64,000 bases of DNA from Pseudobdellovibrionaceae bacterium (GTDB taxonomy: Bacteria > Bdellovibrionota > Bdellovibrionia > Bdellovibrionales > Bdellovibrionaceae), in contig JBDHWW010000015.1 in assembly GCA_039810425.1 (NCBI GenBank), positions 1 through 64,000 of the forward strand, read 5' to 3'. The translations under genes were made by a program, and so were the position numbers. This document shows, in pieces, positions 1-8,356 of the stretch. Numbering within the stretch: the first letter of the stretch is position 1; every line of letters starts with the position of its first letter. A model generated the notes under the pieces. It searched no databases. It saw nothing but the letters and a program-made list of their open reading frames with translations, and was not told the origin of the DNA.

Positions 1-13
1 GTCTATTTTTAGG

Positions 14-934
14 CTAGCATGAGGTCCATTTGTGGATGTTCCCCTGAGGGGATGCTCGCTTTCTTACATTGTCTTTGTATTCGATCCCTTGCCACATGAA
101 GGTTCCCGCATAGAAGGGATTCCTAATTCTTCTCTCGATTGCGGAGACGTAATAGGTCTTCATTTCCTTATCGTTCAACAAACGATCCGGGTGCTCCATG
201 ATCTTGCGTCTGATTTCTTCGTAAGAAAGCCCTAATGCGCGATACTTAAACTCAAGTTGCGCTTGGAGAACCTTTTTAGGGTTTGGATCAGGAACAACGA
301 TTGCCCCGCGTTTTCTTTCGCGTCCGTCATCATCCATGCTCTTCTTCAAAGCATATCCCAAAGGAACGTGATTGCTCGGGAACCAGCCACGTTCTGCCTT
401 GTCCCTCATGGCATCAATAACTTTCACGCTGATTGTTCGGCTTAACTGTTTATCCCTCCAAGCATCAATTTCCCGGTGACTAAAATCCGACGGTGCGCTG
501 AAGCGATGAAGCTGGCGGTTGTCTCGAACATAGTGAACCACGATGCGATCACTCAGGATCAGCTTCTCCATTTTTTCTAAATCCGTGAAATTTCTGACTT
601 CACGATCAGTCATGTAATACAAGAAGTGACGAATTTTATTCTTTAACGCCCATTCGACGGCCGCATGAAACTTCCGACGGAAATCGGAATCCTTTGCAGA
701 CTCGATCATGTTTTCCAACTTCACCAGCTCGATGCCGTTGTGTTCACAGTAAGCGCGGATCTCTTTTTCTTGCACCATCGCCGAAGAGTTGTCTTCTTGT
801 CCGTACCAACTGCGCCGAACAAAGGCGAACCCCTGACGATTTTCTCCCATCCATACCGGAGCACCATCACGCTCCGCCATTTCAAGGCGTTTTCTTTCAT
901 ATTGGTTATTTCTTGATGAGTAGCTTGAACTCAT
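14..934 (-). CDS. Serine recombinase/integrase (catalytic + recombinase domain; C-terminal zinc-ribbon part apparently missing)
   Basis: FVRRS catalytic motif, DRxxRN, RGWFPSNHVPLGY, RNPFYAG; SD GGAGG; similarity ends after WQGIEYK. Confidence 0.85.
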   Translation of the reverse strand: MSSSYSSRNNQYERKRLEMAERDGAPVWMGENRQGFAFVRRSWYGQEDNSSAMVQEKEIRAYCEHNGIELVKLENMIESAKDSDFRRKFHAAVEWALKNKIRHFLYYMTDREVRNFTDLEKMEKLILSDRIVVHYVRDNRQLHRFSAPSDFSHREIDAWRDKQLSRTISVKVIDAMRDKAERGWFPSNHVPLGYALKKSMDDDGRERKRGAIVVPDPNPKKVLQAQLEFKYRALGLSYEEIRRKIMEHPDRLLNDKEMKTYYVSAIERRIRNPFYAGTFMWQGIEYKDNVRKRASPQGNIHKWTSC

Positions 935-1095
935 TGTTCCTCCGTTTCTTGTGCAGAAAATTCCGCACCGTTATCGGCGGCTTCGCATTCCTCCAAGCGC
1001 AAACGCTCGTGGCGCTTTTCCCGCCAGAGTTTTAAAATCCTAAAAACATCAATTAAATTCTCCTGTTCTTCAGGAGACAGAACGCTTTCTTCCAC
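931..1095 (-). CDS. Unlisted 54-aa protein translationally coupled to the integrase (candidate directionality factor)
   Basis: GTG at 1095 preceded by GAGG; MEESVLSPEEQENLIDVFRILKLWREKRH...; stop overlaps integrase start (ATGA). Confidence 0.6.
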   Translation of the reverse strand: MEESVLSPEEQENLIDVFRILKLWREKRHERLRLEECEAADNGAEFSAQETEEQ

Positions 1096-1220
1096 TAGGG
1101 ACCTCGTTTTCCCAGAGACCGAAGCGCGTTGAACGCTTCACATCTCAGCGACGATTTCAGAACCGTCGCGCTCGTTTCCCACTCATGCGGGTGAGCCCAG
1201 AAAAACTAGGTACTCGTGAA

Positions 1221-1243
1221 AGAGGCCCACACATGAGGCCTCT
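1221..1243 (-). terminator. Hairpin, probable terminator after the recombination operon
   Basis: AGAGGCC-N9-GGCCTCT, followed by a short T run on the minus strand. Confidence 0.45.
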
Positions 1244-1258
1244 GCTTAAATTTAGAAA

Positions 1259-1552
1259 TCAGTAGTCGGACGCAAACCCAATCGTTAAAACTCGGTTTCC
1301 GTCTTCCTGATGAAATTCATAGTTGTCGTCGTAGTAGTCGAACTTGAAGAAAAACGTTTCGCCATCAACCTCAAAGAAGGCGCAGTCATGCTCCCCATGA
1401 GGGTCATTCTGAGGTGTGAAAGCGTTGAAGCTGCGTACCGCAGTGATAACGTCCTCTTTCTTCGGTGATGCGTTCAAAGCGTGGGTGATATTCACTCGGC
1501 AGCCGATGAACGTTTGGCGATACAAGTCGTTCTTTTGCGCGATGGTTTTCAT
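1259..1552 (-). CDS. DUF3768-family protein
   Basis: FNAFTPQNDPHGEHDC...FFKFDYYD...RVLTI signature. Confidence 0.8.
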   Translation of the reverse strand: MKTIAQKNDLYRQTFIGCRVNITHALNASPKKEDVITAVRSFNAFTPQNDPHGEHDCAFFEVDGETFFFKFDYYDDNYEFHQEDGNRVLTIGFASDY

Positions 1553-1992
1553 GTTTCCCCCTTAAAGCCCTTGATGAGCTCGGAGCTGCCTTCGACTTCC
1601 ATCACCACGGATTCGCCATCGGTATAGACGACGCATTTTTCCTTCACAAAATGCAGAACAATCTTGTTTTCTAAAATGAGATCGGAACACCATTCATCAG
1701 ATGCCAAGTTCCTCTCAAAGCGCGACCTTTGCTCAAAGATGACGTGACGGATTTTTTTCCGCACAGCCAACTTGATGAAGTATTCGCGCTGAGATCCTTT
1801 GAAGCGAAGTCCGGGCTCAATCACTCGCGCAATGGATTCATCCGGCAAACGTAAGTCGTTCGCTCGTGCGTAGGACCGAACGGCTATGCCTTGATCCCGA
1901 AAACTTGCCTCGGGATCGGCTTGATTGATGGAAGCTGCTCTCAATATAGCGATGGCATGACCGTTGCCACCTCGCCACGTTTGATTTTTCAT
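1549..1992 (-). CDS. Stand-alone serine-recombinase catalytic-domain paralog, catalytic Ser apparently displaced
   Basis: Aligns by eye to the integrase N-domain (KIRH..., R..RN, LILxxKIVLHFV); LRAAS versus VRRS. Confidence 0.65.
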   Translation of the reverse strand: MKNQTWRGGNGHAIAILRAASINQADPEASFRDQGIAVRSYARANDLRLPDESIARVIEPGLRFKGSQREYFIKLAVRKKIRHVIFEQRSRFERNLASDEWCSDLILENKIVLHFVKEKCVVYTDGESVVMEVEGSSELIKGFKGET

Positions 1993-2840
1993 TTTAATCC
2001 TTTCGCCAGTTCGTCAGGCCCTGGCTGTTTTTTTCTGCACGTCATGCAGTAGTAAGGATGAAAACCGGAATCACGATCCGGGTACTTTGAAACAATCATG
2101 TCCTTTCCACAGCAAACGGGAATTTTTAGGTGTGCAACGACAGCGAGTTTTTCTTTCGATGCCGCTACGGTTTTTCGCTCCTGTTTTCTTGCGGGAGACC
2201 CTTCGGCAAGCGCCTTCTTGGTTTGCGCCGGAGTTTCGTCAAGTTCCATGTCTTGGGTGAAATAATCGGACGCGCCGGTTGCAATGATCGTCGCCCCAAT
2301 CATGGATCTTTTTTGAGTCATCTTCATGAGCGTGTTTAAGATGTCGCAGACCGGAGTTTCCTCTTTCAGCGATTCCGTTATTTCTTCACCCCCTGGAAGT
2401 TGTTTTTTCTTCCATGCGGTGCGCTCACGATATTTATTCTCTTGAGAATTGGTGATGCCTTCGCAATCCGCGATGACGACACCAGACCGGAGGTCGTAAA
2501 CCTCCGAGCGATAAGTGAACATTGCAAAGTTGCCTTGGCGGTCGATCAGTTTATCAACCTGACGGTTACGGCACCCCAGCTTGAAAAGCTTCAGGAGTTT
2601 TTCGGCCCCTGGTTTGAGCAAGCTTTTCTTTTTTGAACCTGGGATGATGCCGTAATCGCCTTCGCCGTAGTCCTCGGCATTCGGGTTGCTGAACTGAGCT
2701 TCCCGCATTTGCGAGGAAATGAACTCTTTCAGCAACTTTTTGTGAGCTTTCAAGGCCGTTAAATCTTGCTTCGTAATCAAAGGCGTCTGAGCCAGGGAAA
2801 ACGGCTGTTGCGGAATAAGTTCTGCTACGGCGTTTTTCAT
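1989..2840 (-). CDS. Putative single-strand annealing/recombination protein with C-terminal Cys cluster
   Basis: DYGIIPGSKKKSLLKPGAEKL phage motif; adjacent to YqaJ exonuclease; CC...CxxC tail. Confidence 0.5.
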   Translation of the reverse strand: MKNAVAELIPQQPFSLAQTPLITKQDLTALKAHKKLLKEFISSQMREAQFSNPNAEDYGEGDYGIIPGSKKKSLLKPGAEKLLKLFKLGCRNRQVDKLIDRQGNFAMFTYRSEVYDLRSGVVIADCEGITNSQENKYRERTAWKKKQLPGGEEITESLKEETPVCDILNTLMKMTQKRSMIGATIIATGASDYFTQDMELDETPAQTKKALAEGSPARKQERKTVAASKEKLAVVAHLKIPVCCGKDMIVSKYPDRDSGFHPYYCMTCRKKQPGPDELAKGLK

Positions 2841-4141
2841 ACATTGGCCCCTTTAGACTTTTTCACGGCATCCAAGCGCACAGTCCAAGACTCGGACCCT
2901 TTTTTGCGGAACGCTTCGAGATAGTCGTCTTTCAGCTCGTGACGAGCCTTCGCTATTTCTGGAACCGCAAGAAGATCCAGTGAGCCTTGTCTGTTCACTT
3001 TAAAAATCTTTAGTCCACCGCCCGCAATTTTTGGGTGATTGAACTGAAGCACAATCTGCGAACGAAGGGTCTCAAACTGGATCTGCGCGTTTTCGGCAAG
3101 TTCCTTTGCATTGCGGAGTTCAACGAGAAGGCTATCGTCTTCCGGGATTAAATAATCTCGGTCAGATAACGGTGGGACGATTCGATTTTGAACGTCATCC
3201 CAAAACAAATGCTCAAGTTCTTCCTGGCGTTTGATAAACTCAGCGTTAGCGCGAATCGGTACTAAGATTCCGTTCTTCTTGCCGTCATGTCCGAACCAAT
3301 GACCGACATCTGCGCCACTAACCATGAAGCCATGCTGCATCTGCGTATAGTGGAAATCAGGGATACGCCCAGTTTTAGACGCTTCAAGCAGAACCTCTTG
3401 TCCAACAAGTTTTCCTTCGAGGACACCGCGACTTGAATCGAATCCATCGAGAGAAACACGAAGATATGGGTGATCGCCGTGCTCCATGCAAACGGGCTTC
3501 ATCTCAACACCAGTTTGCTCCTGAAATTGTTTTCTGATGAGAGCTTCAACTTTGTGGCCCTTCGCAAAGATAAACTCTTTTGATTCATCATCCTCCGATG
3601 GACTCAGTAGGCCCGTCTTCTCGAAGTAAAGATCGCGGACAGTCTTGTAAGGACTTGTCCCTTCGATGACAGGTGCATCAGACCCGCCAATACCGTTCAT
3701 CCTCCAAGCGTTCCACTCGGAGGTCCCTTGAATAAGGGAGACTATAACTGCACTCATGCGCACTCCTTTTGCCGCTCTTGCGGCGATGATTTGAACAACG
3801 CGCTTGCATTGCTCGACGTTAAACATGCCGATATGGCATCTCTTTAAATCCAAATTCATTTCGTCAGCGAGCCAGCTATAAGCTTCGCGGCGATTGAGGC
3901 GGCCTGACTTCCAGATCGGATCAAAGTTGGAGTGTGCGAGTTGTTTCCAGATGCGGAGTTCGGCATTGGCAAGGCGACCGAGTGGAACGTTGCGATTACT
4001 GTTCTTGTGACAGCCCACATAAGCGGAGCACGGTTCACAACTCCAAAAACGGAGGTGACGAAGATCTGCCCTGTGCGGATAGATCTCGGAACCAGTTACA
4101 AGTTGCGCGGGACTCCCGCAGTAATCGCAACGGACTTTCAT
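2837..4141 (-). CDS. DUF3268 zinc-finger fused in frame to YqaJ/lambda-type exonuclease (internal start at 3757)
   Basis: N-term CxxC...CxxC AYVGCH..PLGRLA; C-term QGTSEW..R..GIGGSD, SLDG, EGK, YTQMQH; AAGGAG before ATG 3757. Confidence 0.8.
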   Translation of the reverse strand: MKVRCDYCGSPAQLVTGSEIYPHRADLRHLRFWSCEPCSAYVGCHKNSNRNVPLGRLANAELRIWKQLAHSNFDPIWKSGRLNRREAYSWLADEMNLDLKRCHIGMFNVEQCKRVVQIIAARAAKGVRMSAVIVSLIQGTSEWNAWRMNGIGGSDAPVIEGTSPYKTVRDLYFEKTGLLSPSEDDESKEFIFAKGHKVEALIRKQFQEQTGVEMKPVCMEHGDHPYLRVSLDGFDSSRGVLEGKLVGQEVLLEASKTGRIPDFHYTQMQHGFMVSGADVGHWFGHDGKKNGILVPIRANAEFIKRQEELEHLFWDDVQNRIVPPLSDRDYLIPEDDSLLVELRNAKELAENAQIQFETLRSQIVLQFNHPKIAGGGLKIFKVNRQGSLDLLAVPEIAKARHELKDDYLEAFRKKGSESWTVRLDAVKKSKGANV

Positions 4142-4449
4142 TTCTTTGCCTTGCGCTTAAGTTTTTCCTGTTCAAACAATGCGGCGACGTTGTGGTTCAA
4201 AAACGCCATGTCCTTTGCCACCCGCAGAGGTGTCGTTTGAAAGAGAGCTGCGATTAGGCGAACCGAAGTAAGATTTTTTAGATCTGCGGCCTTTGCCCCT
4301 ACCTGGGTGTCCAGGCAAGCGCGCACGATGACATAATTGTATTTCAGGCGAACGATCCGCTTCTCTAGCGGCTTTTGTTTCGGCTTTGCTTTGGCTTTTG
4401 CCTTTTTCATTTCGGTCCTTCCAGTTTTTGAACGCAGTGGTCCATTCAC
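4138..4449 (-). CDS. Small basic hypothetical protein (start may be ~4410)
   Basis: Lys-rich ORF with ATGA overlap into the next gene. Confidence 0.55.
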   Translation of the reverse strand: MNGPLRSKTGRTEMKKAKAKAKPKQKPLEKRIVRLKYNYVIVRACLDTQVGAKAADLKNLTSVRLIAALFQTTPLRVAKDMAFLNHNVAALFEQEKLKRKAKK

Positions 4450-4515
4450 CCAGAGCGTTCAAGGTGTTCAAAGATTGACGGTTAATACTATTGATATTAA
4501 AAGATGATGTGAGCT

Positions 4516-4734
4516 TTAGATTGTGGTGGCCTCATTCCGGCGCTGTAAGCGCCGAAGTGCGACCCATGCTTTGTTTCGCGTGGACTCACGGACGTGTGCA
4601 TCTTCAAAAATCTTTCTCAATGAGGTCAGGCTTAGCTTCGACTCCTTTGAGAAGTCCGTGATTGTGTAGCCGAGACTAAGCACCCCATCCTTTAAAGTAG
4701 AACCATTGTGTTTATGAGTTTTTGTGTGTGTCAT
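4516..4734 (-). CDS. Cro-like small HTH regulator
   Basis: 72 aa, XRE-like helix pattern (GYTITDFSKESKLSLTSLRKI), divergent from the cI-like gene. Confidence 0.65.
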   Translation of the reverse strand: MTHTKTHKHNGSTLKDGVLSLGYTITDFSKESKLSLTSLRKIFEDAHVRESTRNKAWVALRRLQRRNEATTI

Positions 4735-4741
4735 AAACGCA

Positions 4742-4783
4742 AATATAACATCAGATATTAAAATGTCAATATCCCAGATATTG
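4742..4783 (-). promoter_or_regulatory. Leftward promoter TTGACA-16-TATATT (extended TGn) and operator palindrome CAATATC-cca-GATATTG
   Basis: -35 at 4769-4764, -10 at 4747-4742; perfect 7-bp inverted repeat 4767-4783 overlapping the -35 and abutting the cI SD. Confidence 0.7.
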
Positions 4784-4791
4784 GAGGCTAA

Positions 4792-5460
4792 GTGGCTAAA
4801 AAGACTGTAAATTCGCGTGATAAAAAGGTTCAGGTCCCCAAAGAACAGGGCTTAAACGACTACGCAGAGATTTTTTCCCGGAAATTAACGGCAGTAGTTC
4901 AAAGCCAGGGATGGAGCCAAGAGGAGTTCGGAAGACGCTTGGGAACCACGCAAGCAATGGCAGGTCGATATATGCACGGCAAAGCCAATCCCACGTTCGA
5001 CAGTCTTGCGCGAATTGAACTAGCCACACAGGTTCCCGCATACAAATTTTTTGAAAATGATAACTCGGTTCCGACGCCGATGGTGACAAGTTTAAGTGAC
5101 GAAGTGAAGGTCGCCGTTCAAAACGCGAACGCCGAAAACCTGGCCCTTCTTAAAACTATTGCTACTAATTTAGAGCCAGCAATTAAGGCGCTTCAGCAAG
5201 GCGACGAATTACTTCCGGTCAACGTTCAGAAGGTCTCCCGTGGCCGACTTCGAGACTTTACAGATCAGTTCACCGACGACTCTATGACCGGATACATCTA
5301 CGAAATGATGGGCAACAAAGAGCCGCTAGAAAAAATCCGCATTGAATTTGTCCGAGAGCTCGCGGTGAATTTGCTCGCCGAAGGTGGAGAAACCGCAAAA
5401 GAGTTTCGCGCCGTCATCACCGAACTTTTAGATAAAGAAGCGGAGATGAGTCGTGAATAG
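4792..5460 (+). CDS. CI-like XRE-family repressor (no obvious S24 peptidase domain)
   Basis: GWSQEEFGRRLGTTQAMAGRYMHGKANPTFDSLARI HTH; GGAGG SD. Confidence 0.8.
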   Translation: MAKKTVNSRDKKVQVPKEQGLNDYAEIFSRKLTAVVQSQGWSQEEFGRRLGTTQAMAGRYMHGKANPTFDSLARIELATQVPAYKFFENDNSVPTPMVTSLSDEVKVAVQNANAENLALLKTIATNLEPAIKALQQGDELLPVNVQKVSRGRLRDFTDQFTDDSMTGYIYEMMGNKEPLEKIRIEFVRELAVNLLAEGGETAKEFRAVITELLDKEAEMSRE

Positions 5461-6109
5461 TCCGAAGGTCATCAATTCGATGGTCGCCGCGGAAGAGACT
5501 TCTGCTGGCAACCTGATCGCAATTGCATTTCCAAAATCACCATCAAGAGCTTACAGCGAAACCGTGGCCCTCGCTCAAAGAGCAAAGTTTTACGGTGAAT
5601 TTTATCTTGGAACAAAACTTTATCACTCAGCCGTGTTCGGCCTCGATCAGACGCAAGCTTCTTATGCTTACATGGTCGTGAAAGCCGCTCGTGACTGGAA
5701 AGGCACAAAGTTCTTCACCCACGGCAGGATTCTCACCAGCAACTATCAAGTTGAAGATGTTGTCGCTTGTTACCTGGACAGCTTTGTTCCAAAGGATCAC
5801 CGCGCGCACTGCCACTATATTCACAGCGATCTTTCTGGTTTTAAGTTTGGACGACGACTTGAAGGGAGGCATCGCCATCTTGTTCCTTGCCGAAAGCTTC
5901 AAGGCTTCGCACAGCATATCGTGGAGGACAACGTTTCAACCCCTGGCGATGCGATCACTCAGCTTGCCATCAGGAGGAATGTTTATTGGTGCCCACATTT
6001 CAAACCCGAAGATTATAAAAAATCAGTGGGCTACAAAGACGACGCCCCCGAAAAAGAAAATCTTTTGGAAGTGCCGCTCTGGGAACTTTTTAAAAGGTTT
6101 TGGAAGTAG
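5453..6109 (+). CDS. Hypothetical Cys/His-containing protein co-transcribed with the repressor
   Basis: 218-aa ORF overlapping the cI stop; C/H clusters (HCH, VPCR, WCPHF). Confidence 0.6.
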   Translation: MNSPKVINSMVAAEETSAGNLIAIAFPKSPSRAYSETVALAQRAKFYGEFYLGTKLYHSAVFGLDQTQASYAYMVVKAARDWKGTKFFTHGRILTSNYQVEDVVACYLDSFVPKDHRAHCHYIHSDLSGFKFGRRLEGRHRHLVPCRKLQGFAQHIVEDNVSTPGDAITQLAIRRNVYWCPHFKPEDYKKSVGYKDDAPEKENLLEVPLWELFKRFWK

Positions 6110-6110
6110 A

Positions 6111-6566
6111 TCAAAAGGGCTCTTGGCTCATCCGCATTTTCTCAATTGCAACGAAAACAGCCGGAAGATCCTCGCTCGGTTCTCCGCGCAAAGCCCTTTC
6201 CATGCGTTCTTCCGTGATGGCACCTTTTGCGTAAAGATCACGAGCGAGCTGATGGTGGGAAACTTCTTCGCCGTTTAACATCGGAAGACTATGCCCAAGC
6301 TCAAATGAAATACGGAACTCAATGAATCTCATGCGTGACGCGATTCGCTCGTGAGCGTCCACGATACTCAAAAAACTGTCTTCGGATTTTTCACTCTCTT
6401 TCATTGCGATAAGAGAGTGATCCAAGTCGTTCACCAATTTCAGCATGTCTAACATTTTCCGAAACGAAACTTTGAAAAAGCGTGCAGACATCGAAACTTG
6501 AGAGCTCCAATCCAGGCTTTCCTTGGGATCAAAGTTTGGCTCTAAGGGATTCAATGAAGATTCCAC
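6111..6566 (-). CDS. Hypothetical protein
   Basis: 151-aa ORF overlapping the upstream ORF. Confidence 0.5.
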   Translation of the reverse strand: MESSLNPLEPNFDPKESLDWSSQVSMSARFFKVSFRKMLDMLKLVNDLDHSLIAMKESEKSEDSFLSIVDAHERIASRMRFIEFRISFELGHSLPMLNGEEVSHHQLARDLYAKGAITEERMERALRGEPSEDLPAVFVAIEKMRMSQEPF

Positions 6567-7033
6567 TTCGCTACGGTCGCAGTGCCAAATTCATATGCCA
6601 GACTCCAATTCTCAAATCTCTTATAGATATCATGAACACCGCAGATTTTCGCAATGGCAGCCGCAATGTCTTTTGTCGGAGTGCCGAAAGCGCCGATTCC
6701 CAAGAGACCTTGATTATAGGGATTGTATTCCCAAATCTTGGTGATTTCTGTTTCAAGGGTTTTAAGAAAATCCGGCGTGATGGGATAAAAATTTTTGTAA
6801 GCCGGAAGTTTATCGAGTTTCAAAATATCAGGGTGCTGATTTAAAGCGGCCGCAAGATCTTCATAGCTCAAGCCGCTTTGTGCTCTAGCTAGTTGGCAGA
6901 ACTTCTGCCGAAACGGTCGAACGCTGCGGGAAAATGGAGTGGGACTTTCAACTGTTGTTTCACGGTCCATTTCTTCTCTTAATTCGGTGAATGCTTCAAG
7001 CATCTTATGGCTCCTTTTCTTTGCAGAGGCCAC
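6551..7033 (-). CDS. Hypothetical protein with XRE-like HTH segment
   Basis: ARAQSGLSYEDLAAALN motif. Confidence 0.5.
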   Translation of the reverse strand: MASAKKRSHKMLEAFTELREEMDRETTVESPTPFSRSVRPFRQKFCQLARAQSGLSYEDLAAALNQHPDILKLDKLPAYKNFYPITPDFLKTLETEITKIWEYNPYNQGLLGIGAFGTPTKDIAAAIAKICGVHDIYKRFENWSLAYEFGTATVAKWNLH

Positions 7034-7260
7034 AAGCTTAGAAATCAGCGCGGCTCATCTTGCTCATTTGTTTTTGTTTATAAACTTCGCACAAGATGAC
7101 CATGCTATCGAACTGTCAATTTTTGGATACCGCTCTTTAGGTATAAAAATATCGAAATCGGGCAAACCATCTTCTTTCGCAAGGCTAACAACCCTCAAGC
7201 CTTCGAGGGGTCTTCCTTGATTCGCCATGTTATGACATCTCAGGTGATATATTCAAGCAA

Positions 7261-7376
7261 ATTTAGGTTCCTTTAGGTATATTTAAGTGTTTTTAGGTTT
7301 ATTTAGGTATTTTAAGCCCTCGAACAAGTTTTCCAAGGGTTTCGCTATTCATGGGGATTTAGGCAGATTTAGGTAA
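7261..7376. repeat. 10-bp-phased TTTA(G/A)G direct-repeat array
   Basis: Hexamers start at 7262, 7272, 7282, 7292, 7302, 7311, 7358, 7368. Confidence 0.85.
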
Positions 7377-7428
7377 ATTATTGCGAATTGCCCGAAACAA
7401 GCCTAATCTGGGCAAGCAGGAGAATGAT

Positions 7429-7938
7429 GTGAGAGGCAAAAAATCGTCCGAAAATTCGACTATTATCCGTCTGAGAGAGACCCCATTTAAAACGGCTGCG
7501 GAAATGAACGCAGAAGAAAACCGCATCATGCGGGAGGAATGGGAGATCCTTGAGCGCGCACGTCGCCGGCGTCTTCTCTTCAAAAAAGAACAGTTCCGCG
7601 AAATCGTTGCTCCCTATACGAACGGTTTTGGAGCGCGATTTGTTCAAGCCGTTGATGCTAAATCCAGCGCGAACAATCTTGTGAAAGCCTACCTGACCGA
7701 TAAGGACGAAGTTCAGATCGACATCGACGACAAACTCAATTCTGAAGATGCCGGATCGACCATCAATTGCCTGGTGAAATCCGTCACCGAAAGCTTGATG
7801 AATAGCTATATGGGAACAACCCTTGGCCTCAAAGAGGACTTGGACCTCGCCTCAAAACAACCCATCAAAATGCAAGAGATGGCGCAGACACCCCAGGGCA
7901 GCAAAAAGAACGCAAAAACTAAACGCCCTAAGAAATGA
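7429..7938 (+). CDS. Hypothetical protein (moron)
   Basis: ORF 7381-7938; AGGAG 6 nt before in-frame GTG 7429. Confidence 0.55.
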   Translation: MRGKKSSENSTIIRLRETPFKTAAEMNAEENRIMREEWEILERARRRRLLFKKEQFREIVAPYTNGFGARFVQAVDAKSSANNLVKAYLTDKDEVQIDIDDKLNSEDAGSTINCLVKSVTESLMNSYMGTTLGLKEDLDLASKQPIKMQEMAQTPQGSKKNAKTKRPKK

Positions 7939-8063
7939 GTTCGTCCTAATTAACGCCGAAGCTCAATGAGCAGACTGTCTGTGAAAGACTTGCCAGAACT
8001 TGCCTTCGCAATGACCTTAAACCTGCAACGGAGCTGGCTCCAAGTAAACAGGTACGGGTTAAA

Positions 8064-8294
8064 GTGGAGAAAAGTAAAAAGAAAAAAGGCGTTAGAAAAA
8101 AGGATCGCAATTCTAAAGCAAATAAAGAACTGGAAGCGGCACTAAAAGAATTTAACCGACAAGATCACACGGGAAAATCAACCCGTCGAATCGTGGGTGA
8201 ATTTGCGGAAGTTGTCGGTCGCTTTGTCCGCGACAAACTCAAAGAAGCAGATGAAAAAGAGCGCCATCGAGCAACGAAGAAATCAAAACGTTAG
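8064..8294 (+). CDS. Small basic hypothetical protein
   Basis: 76-aa Lys/Arg-rich ORF ending before a hairpin. Confidence 0.45.
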   Translation: MEKSKKKKGVRKKDRNSKANKELEAALKEFNRQDHTGKSTRRIVGEFAEVVGRFVRDKLKEADEKERHRATKKSKR

Positions 8295-8303
8295 CTGCAA
8301 TTT

Positions 8304-8330
8304 GAAAGAGGCCCTTGCGGGGCCTCTTTC
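8304..8330. terminator. Bidirectional intrinsic terminator
   Basis: GAAAGAGGCCC-ttgcg-GGGCCTCTTTC 11-bp stem between convergent genes. Confidence 0.8.
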
Positions 8331-8356
8331 TCGTGAACTGCTTTGAATCTAAAAAT

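Noticed and set aside
76..95. TTCGATCCC resembling a tRNA T-loop (possible att site)
   Set aside because: No T-stem or acceptor pairing, and it lies within integrase codons.
5691..6278. 195-aa alternative-frame ORF, and many other overlapping or antisense ORFs in the track
   Set aside because: They overlap better-supported genes and lack SDs or recognisable motifs; treated as shadow ORFs.
7261..7376. Repeat array as CRISPR or telomere-like repeat
   Set aside because: The 10-bp period leaves no room for spacers, there are no cas genes, and the units are not perfect tandem copies.
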